A stretch of DNA of 62,410 nt, the filler included, from Choristocarpus tenellus KU-1152 (taxonomy: Eukaryota > Protista > Phaeophyceae), in NCBI GenBank assembly GCA_964200185.2. It is 7 parts of 7 records of this genome, joined end to end, with 100 filler letters (N's around TTAATTAATTAA, not from the genome) between each part and the next. Parts side by side here need not be neighbours in the genome. Positions count along the whole stretch, not along the records: positions 30,698 to 44,178 come from CAXNAD020001479.1; positions 44,279 to 48,544 come from CAXNAD020015398.1; positions 48,645 to 53,173 come from CAXNAD020014132.1; positions 53,274 to 62,410 come from CAXNAD020003951.1; 3 more parts are not named here. One strand, written 5' to 3'. Shown in pieces: positions 43,292 to 53,726 of this stretch. How positions within the stretch are numbered: the first letter of the stretch is position 1; every line of letters starts with the position of its first letter. The notes under the pieces were generated by a model. That model was given only the letters and a program-made list of their open reading frames with translations. It searched no databases and was not told the origin of the DNA. Made by a program: the position numbers and the translations under genes.

Positions 43292-43869
43292 ACCAAGCTT
43301 TAGCAATAAGAGAGAGGAAAAACACCTAACCTCTATGCATACAGGGATATGAAACGATTGACTCCACTCGGCAATCAATCTCCCTTGCTATAATTTGCCC
43401 ATTCTTTATGTAAAGGACATAGAGTGAGGACCAATTTAGTCAGTACGAGATAAATGCAGCCCATCTGCCAAGTTTTTCTGTATCAATGCTATCATTGTTC
43501 TGGTCTGTCAATGCCAAAATGCCAATCCAGTTCTGATTTGTTGAATTTGATGGTAAATAATACTTCAAAGCAGTGAACTATTTAGCCGACAAGAAGTAGT
43601 CCATTATGAGCATGTAGATATACACTTGGTGGATATATACGGCAGTAACTCCTTTCATACACATTCTTACAGTAGTAGTGTCACCTGATGTTGACAGAGA
43701 GTTTCTCCTACTTTCGAAGTGCTTGGATACCTATGCATACCTGAGACTGTAATATTTTTTAGCATCCTAAAGACCAGCTCAAGGAACTAACTCTTCAAAC
43801 TCCCATGCTCTGAATATTCCTCGGAATCTACTGACACTCCTCACATTATATTCTTGTATGGTTGATGGG

Positions 43870-43935
43870 ACCAACTACTTACAGCATGTCAACCAACTAC
43901 TTACAGCATGTCAACCAACTACTTACAGCATGTCA
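43870..43935. repeat. 22-bp minisatellite x3
   Basis: (ACCAACTACTTACAGCATGTCA)3. Confidence 0.9.
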
Positions 43936-44103
43936 AAGAAGCTGCGATACGTTACATCCATCATGCTAACAGCTTCAGTTGATGAGGATGCAGACATGTT
44001 GACTTACTACGTTTTGAATGGCGATTGTTTAGATGATGTCAACTCTTGGTTTCTAGGTCTTGCTTTGTGATATGTTTTGCCTGTTGTTATTCCGAAGGAT
44101 AGA

Positions 44104-44178
44104 GACTCAAAGTATCTGGGAGGGGTTGGCGGCTGTCCATTTGGGGTCAATTTTTTCATGTCGCGATTTTTGGGTTAT
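44104..44178. mobile_element. MITE family B, truncated at contig end
   Basis: GACTCAAAGTATCTGGGAGGGG followed by GGCTGTCCATTTGGGG. Confidence 0.75.
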
Positions 44179-44278
44179 NNNNNNNNNNNNNNNNNNNNNN
44201 NNNNNNNNNNNNNNNNNNNNNNTTAATTAATTAANNNNNNNNNNNNNNNNNNNNNNNNNNNNNNNNNNNNNNNNNNNN

Positions 44279-44430
44279 GGGTTCTACACTCGGGTGTCCA
44301 TTTGGGCCATAACCAGGAAAAGTGCACTTACAGTATCCATCCGACGTATGCAACCAAATCACCCCAAAACCGTGACATGAAAAAATTGGCCCCAAATGGA
44401 CAGCAGCCACCCCCCCAGATACTTTGAGCC
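44279..44430. mobile_element. MITE family B, truncated at contig start
   Basis: Homologous to 32960-33113; ends CCCCAGATACTTTGAGCC. Confidence 0.8.
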
Positions 44431-45482
44431 ATCTTATGCGATTCACCCATATTTCCATGGATGAACTTACAAGTTTGAGTTGAGAGCGTTTATTTCTCCA
44501 GTGTTTGAAAATTTTCCTACACAATTTAGAATATATCCTATACACATTTGCAAAATAAAAGAGTCGAAGTATGCTAGAGGTATCCAGTTTTTGGCTGTCT
44601 TGATTTTTACCCAGTTTTTCAATGTTACGCAATTCATCCACGTTGCTATGGGTGAAGTGCGAAGTTTATCTTTAGAGCATTGATTTCCCTGTTGTTTGGG
44701 ATTTTTCGACAGAAAGTAGAAATTATACTACATCCATTTGCAAAAAAGCGAAAATTTGGACATGTTTGTCAGCATCCTTAAATTGCAACTCTGGGGACCT
44801 CTCGCTTACTTTGACTCAAACGAATTTTGCGCAAATTTGTCAGCATCCTAGCAATGCAACTTTGGGTATCTCTCATTTATTTTGATTCATTATGACATGG
44901 ACCATCCAGGGCTTAAAGAAGAACCTGTATGCGTCTTTGTGTAATTGTTGGATGCCCTACATTCGAAGGCGGCATCAGATACGTACCACCAATCACGTCA
45001 TCACTGTCAATGTTGACCGATTGACCAGGTTGCCCAAAGGTAGAGGTGCCCCACCCTCATCTTTTACTACATGATGATCCTACGGCTCATTCTTTTTTCC
45101 ATTTTGCCGACTGACTCTTCCTTGATCCCTAGAATAATATACTAGAGTGACTTGTTCGGCTACCGTAAGTATCTCATTTTGTTATTTGTTGTATTCTTAA
45201 AAATATTGGATCCATCAACAGTCACCAAAACATTTTATCCCACTAAGTAATATTCAAGCGCAATTCTTGACAGTCAGATTTGATCCACCAAGAGGCTGTC
45301 ACTGTCGCTTATCACTACATGACCCCAACTCCGATAAAATGCCATCGTCATCCCATTCCACACCGTGTTCTCATTACCATATATGTCTGGATATCCTTGA
45401 TGTGCTCATGGTGCATCAACGCAACACTGACCAATGCAAATACAACAGTGAGTCAAACCAACTGAGAGGTAGACGGGTTTGC

Positions 45483-45660
45483 TTTTAAGGCTCCTGAGAA
45501 TAGCAAAAATATGTCCTTTTGTACAATTGCAGCACAAGCCTCTGCAGGGTTTTGGTGTCACTTTGTGCATGGAAAGGGGGAAGAACAATTTTGAGTACAC
45601 TATTGTGCACACAATACAATAAAATAAGGTATATTTCACAGGGCAAGAAAGATAGCTTAC
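45483..45660. repeat. Dispersed repeat, homologous to 52158-52330
   Basis: TTTAAGG.T.C.GA...AAAATATG.C.TTTTGTACAATT...TGGTGTCACTTTG...CACTATTGTGC is shared between two contigs. Confidence 0.65.
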
Positions 45661-45779
45661 ATTTCAAAAGGGTCCTAACTTGCCTGCCAATGGATTGGTT
45701 TGGCTTATTTGCCCTTCTATTTGGGGCCATGCATGGGGAGTCTTTGCCTCCTGTGACCACCCTGTACACGCTCCTCCAG

Positions 45780-46400
45780 TTGTGCGTACAGCCAGCAGTA
45801 GGTAGACGCATAGAAGTACACATTTGGCCACAGTTCCAGCTCGTTCTTCTGCCCCACCTTTCTGAGAGTGTCCCACCACGCAGCCCCTGTCATGTTCTGT
45901 GCCAGATCCAGTCAGTTGATTCCTCCTGCCTTAGAAAGAATCGAGGTAGCTCATTGTAAACTGCTGGGCCTTCGCTTGTTTACAAGCCCTCCTCCATGCT
46001 TATTCCCAGCATTTGCTATCACTACAAAGGCTTTGTTTCTGATGTCCAACAGCAGCCGCTCTGCCATTTTCTACAGATCCTGGAGAAGCTGGTTGCCATA
46101 CATGTTGTGGATGTCCTTGCTGTAGTATTGTGTGGAAGGAGAGTAAAAGAAAGGCGACTCCATAGAAGGAGGGGAGTGACAGTACTTTCTGCATACCTGC
46201 ATCTAATCCTGAATGGACGGATATCGCTCCAGGATGTTGCGAACCCACAGACAGGTGTCTTGCAACAAATTCCTCCTCAAGAAAATATACACGATTTCTG
46301 TAAAATATTACGGGAAGGTATTTTCTACCAGTAGTAGAGAATAAATATCCCTTCTCTGCGCACTAAGGCGTCGAGAATCTAGATCACCGACCTCTCACCT
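45780..46400 (-). mobile_element. Probable decayed LINE ORF2 C-terminal remnant
   Basis: Broken minus-strand frames (ILERYPSIQD, HNMYGNQLLQ, VGHQKQSL, GIN*LDLAQNMTGAAWWDTL) loosely resemble the post-RT tail of RTE elements. The similarity is weak. Confidence 0.35.
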
Positions 46401-46628
46401 CGCATCTTTATCCATGGCACAACAGTTCGTGGTGGCAAGCTTTTAAGTTGATTAAGGAAAGGCCATTAACTGGGTTGAAAGTACAATAGTATTGTAGTGG
46501 GTTGTGGTATAGAAACCCCAGGGCAGGAGAAAGAGGCTCTGTAGCAAGCAAGCACACTGGTAGCAGCATGAATGTTGACACATGATTCACACATCCACAT
46601 GCTCACCTTGCAAACAAACAGACTTCAG

Positions 46629-47725
46629 ATGTGGTTCAGTAGATACGTTAGGCCCCTCATTCCCATTGCACTGGCCTGGAGCTTGTGCATCACGTGGGTA
46701 GTATCCTTTCACGTCTACCAGCCTAGATTATGTAGTCATGGTCGACCAACTGAAAATGGCAAACTGAACGCGTCTGGCAAGGCCAGCAAGGGTTTTGGGC
46801 CCCCTAAGCCCGTCCGCAATCCTGCGAAGGTGGATACTAGGGAATTTGCGGGTAGTTTAATTTTGTTGCTATGCCTAAAGCTACCCTTCGTATTCCTGTT
46901 CAAATGCCATCTGAAACACTCCCCACAGTGCCTTCCCAAGTGCCTCATCATTTTGAATGAGGATCCATCTACCTTGGAGGTACCCACATTGCCAAAGCAT
47001 GTGTGTTCTGGTTGCATATGACTTCCTTCTAACTCTCGAATGCATGTTTATAATCGGGGAACCTTTTAACCCTCACTACAGCCTCGCAAGAAGATACCAC
47101 CTGCTGGCAACCCGAGGGTCAACAGATTGAAGATGGTGGCCGGGAGGTTCGTTGCCTTGATGAATGCAGGGAGCGTTCGAGAAGTAATGAACCTTTGTGA
47201 CCCCAAGGTTGGTACTGATTGTTTGCTGCCCCGATTTCCCCGGTTCCACCTCTTGGAGGGGAGCTGACATCGTTCTAAATCTGCGACTTGCCCTATGTTA
47301 GATGTGCCCGATTTATCTTTGCAACTTATCGACAGCACCTTCCTTTTACTCCTGTCTAGAAATAAGGCTTATTTATCTTGTTGTTTGGGACTATGGAGTA
47401 AATTTGTAAGCAAACCTGCCGTTGAAGTGTCATAGTTGGCGCATTCCACACCCAAGAGTCGGCACTTTCAGCTCAAGTTTATAATATGCATGACACTTTA
47501 CAACACATTGCATCTTCCGGTACATTCTGGGTTTCTCGTTGTTGTCCACCATTGGTATTCGTTGAACAGGTCGAGATATACGGGGCTAAGGGTCTCGAGG
47601 AGTCGACCACGTCTCTGGGAGCTTATTTTGAGGCCTATCCCAGTCTCAGTCTGGAAGTAAATCCTGAAGAAATCTTCGTGCCACCCAGTGGACAAGCACA
47701 ACGTGTGGCATACAGCTTTGTCAAG
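46629..47725 (+). CDS. Putative plastid-targeted protein of unknown function, possibly SnoaL/NTF2-like; 3' exons unresolved
   Basis: Exon 46629-46829 has a signal peptide ending VVS-F, then ASKGFG. Exon 47082-47207 reads PRKKIPP...VAGRFVALMNAGSVREVMNLCDPK. Exon 47570-47725 reads VEIYGAKGLEESTTSLGAYFEAYPSLSLEV...YSFVK. All junctions are phase 0 GT-AG. The fold assignment is a guess from RFxxxMNxG...xxYFxAYPxL. Confidence 0.6.
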
Positions 47726-48644
47726 GTCGGTGGGATTGGGGAGACAGAGAATATTATAGTAAGTGGGGTACGGATATCTATCATGGGAGGAAATGTACTT
47801 CACCTGTCCCACAGGAAACAAATGTTCATTACGAATGCAACAATTCAAAATCTTATCCTTCCAATGGAAGCATTGATGCATAAGGGTGACAGACTGTACA
47901 TTCTACTTCTCCCCGAGAGCTTTGGCGATCTCCTTGAAGGTTCACCATTGCAGCCAAGACCCTGAGCACTGTTGTGAAGTTTCTTCACATCACCACACAT
48001 GATAACTGTTGGTCTGGCTTCTGCTTGCTTGCCAAGGACACCTCGCCGTTCTCTCCCCCTTGTGCACTATCAAAATTTATGTTTTCTTTTGTAGCTAGTC
48101 CCAGAGCATGGCAACCAGATCCACGAGGGCAGTGGTCTTGGTCCCACCTCTCCTCACGACCTTGAGATCTCAGGTTTTTCTCCTTGTGTTGAAGGCTGTT
48201 TTGCAAAAGAAGAATAAGATCAACTCAATTGGCAGCTTACCAGGAATAATGGGTTTTATTCTTAACTCTTAATGGTAAGTGGGCCTAGGGCCTGAGCAGC
48301 CCAACGCGATCAGGCCAAGTGTGAGGCATTGGTGGAAACCCATACAGCAATGTAAACATTTGTAATAGCTCCCTGGGGTTGGAGAGGTACGGAGTGTAAT
48401 AATTGTTCTAATGATAGTACGCTGTATGCTGTGTTATTTATTTCCGTGACACATTTGTGTGATTTTGACTGCTGCCCTAACACCAACCCTCTAACCCTAG
48501 GCAAGAGAGTTGAAACGAATAGATCTGATCAAAGACAGGGTGGGNNNNNNNNNNNNNNNNNNNNNNNNNNNNNNNNNNNNNNNNNNNNTTAATTAATTAA
48601 NNNNNNNNNNNNNNNNNNNNNNNNNNNNNNNNNNNNNNNNNNNN

Positions 48645-48815
48645 GTCAATATCCTTGTGCCGGGCACACATTTTGATAACGTATACATTTTACCGATTCC
48701 GAAACATTTTGGAGTAAGTAAAATGTCATAAAAAACCCGTGGGAAGCCAAGCCCCAAATGGACAAACAGGGCAAAACTCGTACCCTCTAAAGTACCCTCT
48801 AAGATACAATTGACG
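48645..48815. mobile_element. MITE family A, truncated by contig end
   Basis: Homologous to the other family A copies; the TACCCTCTAA terminus is duplicated. Confidence 0.75.
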
Positions 48816-50174
48816 TGTTCTCTCGTACGGTAAACTATGATGTAGGATGGGTTTTTGGTGGAAGAGATACCGAACGTTTCATGTTGTGTAGGGTCTACAT
48901 ATATCCCCAGATGCACATACCATTGCTTGTGCCTCCTTCTCTACAGGGGATATGAGATTGCGCTAGAGTTGTTGGAAAATCAAGGACGATGGATTGGAGG
49001 GGTGCCTTCAAATAAGTCGTTATGTGGACCGCCGCAACTTTTGCCATAATTTGTCATACGGCAAAGTATGACAAAAATTACATGAAGTGAGTGGATAAAT
49101 GAAGAGCGAAACATGTGTTGGCATGTCTTCGGGATTGTAAGGGTTAGGAATGGTGTTGGGTTTAAGACACAGGGCTAGGGTTGGGACAGGTATTTGGGTT
49201 GGGGTTGGAAACAGAAACAGAAAGGAGTATCGTTTTTTTCCGATACATATTGGAGTCGACATATCGGAGGACACGATCTTCGTCGTTAGGTTTCATCCTG
49301 CTCTTGAGGGGAGGACGTGTGCGTCACCAGTTCCGAGCTATCGTGTAACTGGTGAACACCACATGTCTCTGATTTCGGAGGATGTGGTGACCATATGCTT
49401 CGCTATGTCTAGTCTTCAAGCACTAATCCTTTGTTGCGGTAATCACAGAACGCACAAAGAGAAAAGAGAATAGCTAAGGGTAGAGGTAGTGTACTTGCGA
49501 CAATCTGGTAAAGTACAGTTTTGATCTGGCTTAAAATGTAGAGCTGGGGCAGATATCAGGTCTATATCGATCGGCGATAATGTACGTGGGTTGTCTTCCG
49601 CTGCCTATATGGGTTGGGTAGACCCATATGGCAAGAAGAATAGAACAGCGTGGGTGCATTGTAGGATGATGTAGGGGGGACCACCCCAGACAAGGGTCAC
49701 ACGCAGAAGGTACGAGGCTAGTAATGGAACCTTTTATTAGGCATAGATACCCTGTGAATCAACGGCTATGTCAACATGAGTAGTCATATATATATTATGT
49801 AGCATAACTATAAGTTGGGAGAGGACGTGGTACAAGAAATAAAATAAAATAGAAAACCGGTATATAGATAGGAGACTGAATGAGGGACGCGGTAGTTGGG
49901 GGGTTTTCTTAGGTGGAGTGACCGCTACGAAGGTAGGTAGAGATATTTCAAAGTACTGAATGAGGACACGTGGTAGGTGGGGTTTTGAAGTGGAGTGAAT
50001 GCCACGAAAGTAAGAATTGGGGATTGGGAGTAGATGTACAGTCGGAGAGATGATTAAAAACGAGATGCGATAGTTAAAAGGGATTGGGTGAGAGCATCAT
50101 ATTGAAAAATATGGAGGTAAAGAAGAGTACAGCAATATAAAGAGGGGTGGAGGGGAATGATTAATCGTAGCTCC

Positions 50175-50638
50175 TGCACAACCCTGTGAAAAAAAAAATT
50201 GAGATGACCTTGTGAATAAAGGGTTACTGCTCACAAGGGTAGGCATTTGAGGGCTAACCCTAAGGAAGTTTCGGGGGCATCGTTTCTATAATAATTACCA
50301 AATTACCACAGTGAAAAGAAAGTGATTAAAGAAGGGGCAGTGCCTAATCGTGGGATAATCAGTTCAAGACAATAAAAGGGGAGGGGGGAAGAAATCTAGG
50401 TCATATTAGTGGGGAAACCACCCTGCATAAAAATGTGAGAGGACCTTGTGGACAAAGGGCTACCTCGTAGAATGGTAGACATTTGAGGGCTAACCCTAAG
50501 GAAGATTCGTGGACATCAATTTCTACAATCATTTAAAAAATCACCATAGGGAAAGAAAGTGAAAAAAAAGTATATGGCCTATGAGTGGGATAATCAGTTC
50601 AAGTCAATAAAAGGGGTGGGGGGGGGAGAGATTCAGGT
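50175..50638. repeat. Two diverged tandem ~240-bp direct repeats
   Basis: Shared blocks GACCTTGTG, CATTTGAGGGCTAACCCTAAGGAAG and GTGGGATAATCAGTTCAAG.CAATAAAAGGGG at ~50180-50400 and ~50420-50638. Confidence 0.8.
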
Positions 50639-50886
50639 TACAAAACAAAACAATAAGAAAAAAAAAGCAGATATAATGGTAGGGCATGAATGTCTCCAAT
50701 AATTCGAGTTGCACAAGGAGTGGAAAGGGATGTGTTCAATTGAAAGGAAGATATCTGAACAATAGGCGGCAGGTCTCTCAATATAAAATATAAAAATAAA
50801 ATAAATATATACTTGTGTATTCATTGACAAAAAAAAAGTTTAGGAAGATGCTGATTGCTTAGATGAGCCCTGAACTATATCAGAAA

Positions 50887-51145
50887 TAGTCAATGTATCT
50901 TTGAGGGTAGGGCCGCGTCCATTTGGGGGCCAAAATCCAGCGTTGCGATTTCCATGTAATTTTATCTGTCATATTTGTTAGGAAGTGTCAGTATCCTTGT
51001 TCCGGACACACCATTTCATAACATACACATATTACCTACTCCGAAACATTTTGGAGTAGGCAAAATATCATAAAAACCCCATGGGAAACCAAGCCCCAAA
51101 TGAACAAACAGGGCAAAACTCGTACCCTCTAAGATACTTTCATTC
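50887..51145. mobile_element. MITE family A, complete copy
   Basis: TAGTCAATGTATCTTTGAGGGTA ... TACCCTCTAAGATACTTTCATTC; TSD not preserved. Confidence 0.8.
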
Positions 51146-52349
51146 ACTACACATTGCTGTTATTGCACTGCTTCATGTTTGTGTGCCTCTTTTCTCGCTC
51201 GTAGGATGCAGCCATCCCAGCACTCAACACTCCACCTCCCTCCTCGAATATACGTGCGTAGTGATGGTCGTGAATGACACGAAAAAGTGAGAAGGCCTTG
51301 CCACCACGAATCAGGATTTTGTTTGTATGCGGCCCACTGTATATGTTAGTTTAGTATTATTGTCAAACTTGTCTTCATGTTACTCTAACGTGTCTCCAAC
51401 TCCAAATTTACCTATAGGAAAAGCAATAGAATAAAAGTTGAGGAATACAAGAGATTATAAAGAAATTAGTGAAATACGAATAAGAAGAAAAGGGGATATA
51501 GTAACTCAGTTTTAGCCGAGAAGGCCAGCAAAAGGAACCCACACATAACACACTTCTACCCAGTAGTTAGGACAGGACACCATTAGCATCATCATCAACA
51601 TCACTGGATCCTATGGGACAAAGGGGAAAAATAAATGTTTCATGTCACATCCAATCAACCCAATCCAAACACTAGTCATTACATGAACCACGAAGGAAAG
51701 AGTAACACGAGATTAATCAAGTAAAAGGAAATATGCAATAAGAAAAATGTAACATTCAGCAGGCATTGGTGAGCACGCATGTGCCCTTTTCTGCTTGGGC
51801 TGCCTCAGCCGCTGATTTAGCATGACTAAGTCAGCTATCATAGCTTTCCTGGCATGCCACTGAGCCAAAGTAAACGAGAGGTTCCCAGGTTTTGGACGTT
51901 TTGCATTTTAAGTGTTCTCATTTGCGATATCCGATGTATTATAGGAGGAATTTGAGATGATGAGATCGAAGCTTCATATAGTGGACCCAGCATCAGTGGA
52001 GTGTCCGTATCACACAACCATACTGCGAGTAACAGGACCTCGAGCACTTTCTCCTCTTCAGATCCTAATATCAGCAAATTCACCTGTAGTCCTGTCACAG
52101 GGCACTTATCGGTATTTACGTAAGAGCCAAAGTAATTGAGAGATAGGGAAGGTTGCAGTTTAAGGATTCCGACAAATTACCAAAATATGCCATTTTGTAC
52201 AATTACAAAAAAAGCCTTTGCTGAATTGTGGTGTCACTTTGAATGAGGAAAAAGGGAATATCAATATTGCATGCACTATTGTGCGCATTGAGCAATGAAA
52301 TGGAGTCTACTGCACAGGGAAAGAGAGATGGCTTATAATGAAAAAGAGG

Positions 52350-52645
52350 CTTGGAAACAGTCCCCAGGCCTTTGGGACCAGTTGACTGATATCTGTAATG
52401 ATATCAGCGAAATCGCTGATGGTGCCTCCAATGTATGCAAACTTGTCAGCCTGCTTGTAGCTTTGACCCTAAGCCCGGATTGGCATGATATTTGCAGCCT
52501 TAATGGGGGTTGGAAGGCATGGTTTTTGTCTTCAGCTCAGAAACTGTCAGTCCGAATGTCCCACGCGTCTCTACAATCATTGCCATCACCCTGGTCAGAC
52601 TTCCTTGAATATCAGACACAGTACCCTCATTGACAGCATAGAAAA
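52350..52645 (-). mobile_element. RTE-like non-LTR retrotransposon reverse-transcriptase fragment (decayed)
   Basis: The minus strand reads FYAVNEGTVSDIQGSLTRVMAMIVETRGTFGLTVSELKTKTM, then after a frameshift GQSYKQADKFAYIGGTISDFADIITDISQLVPKAWG. This matches decayed YADD...FGLTVSxxKTxxM...FxYLGxxI...AW of LINE RT domains. Confidence 0.75.
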
Positions 52646-53726
52646 TTATTCATGTTCAGTCCACATTGATGGGGTTTTGCATCTCTATGGGATTGCAAAA
52701 CCAGACACTAACACAAATCTCCACAATTTTCACTACATTGCTTCGATTCTTTGGTAGTTATTGTTGTCATAGTTTCCACCACTTTTTGGGTATAGAAGGA
52801 TGAATGTATGCAGAGGTTCTTTGCATCCCAGCAAGAAAATGATCGGTGTTCCTGACACTATTATTTTCGCAGGTTCAAACCTCTTCATTGTCATATTTCC
52901 TTTCAGGGAGATCTGATTTTAATAGTCCAAAGTCCACATGGCAAGGAATACGAATTGTATACCTGTCCCACCCTGTCAATCTGTTGCTATAGCACAAAAA
53001 ATAGGAAACGTCGAAAACGAGGTGGCAAAGGCTTCATTACCAAGTGATGCCGAGATGGGTGTGGCACACAACTTAGCGAAGATGTGGAGCAACAAGTAAA
53101 CATGAATTAATTCAGCAACGTGTGCAAAGCTAGCCATGATCCAACCCAGTGCGGGGTCAAAGTATCTGGGGGGNNNNNNNNNNNNNNNNNNNNNNNNNNN
53201 NNNNNNNNNNNNNNNNNTTAATTAATTAANNNNNNNNNNNNNNNNNNNNNNNNNNNNNNNNNNNNNNNNNNNNGTACAAAATTGCATATTTTTCGATTTG
53301 GTTCATAAGTTTTGGCCCAAAATAGGGGCACCTACTGTAGATATGATTATGTTTATCACCTCTTACGAATTGTACTTTCAAAAATGTATCATCTCTCTAT
53401 ATATTTTTCCTTATCTCAACCAATAAAGATATGTGTGTTGTCTTGGACTTCGATCCCATACACAAAATAAAATTAATTTCTATAGGTGGTATTTCCTGAC
53501 GTAATTTTTTTTATGTTGCTTGAAGTTGTGAGGTTCATATATATATTACATGAATTGTTACTGTCTACAACCTAAAAATTGTGTGGCGTTTTTTCTGAGG
53601 TTGTGTCCTAAACCTTGAAGTCACCACACACATACGATTCGGATTGCAACTGACCTACAGTGTAGAGCAGATCTCATCCCTAGCACACAACCCAAAGGTG
53701 GTGTTTGAGATTCTCTTTTAACAACT

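Noticed and set aside
43870-43935. Direct repeats as a possible CRISPR array
   Set aside because: Head-to-tail repeats with no spacers, no cas genes, and a eukaryotic context.
49140-49210. Degenerate TTAGGG/CTAACC telomere-like runs (also near 12150, 27730, 55757)
   Set aside because: Only 2-3 imperfect units each; common low-complexity sequence, not telomeres.
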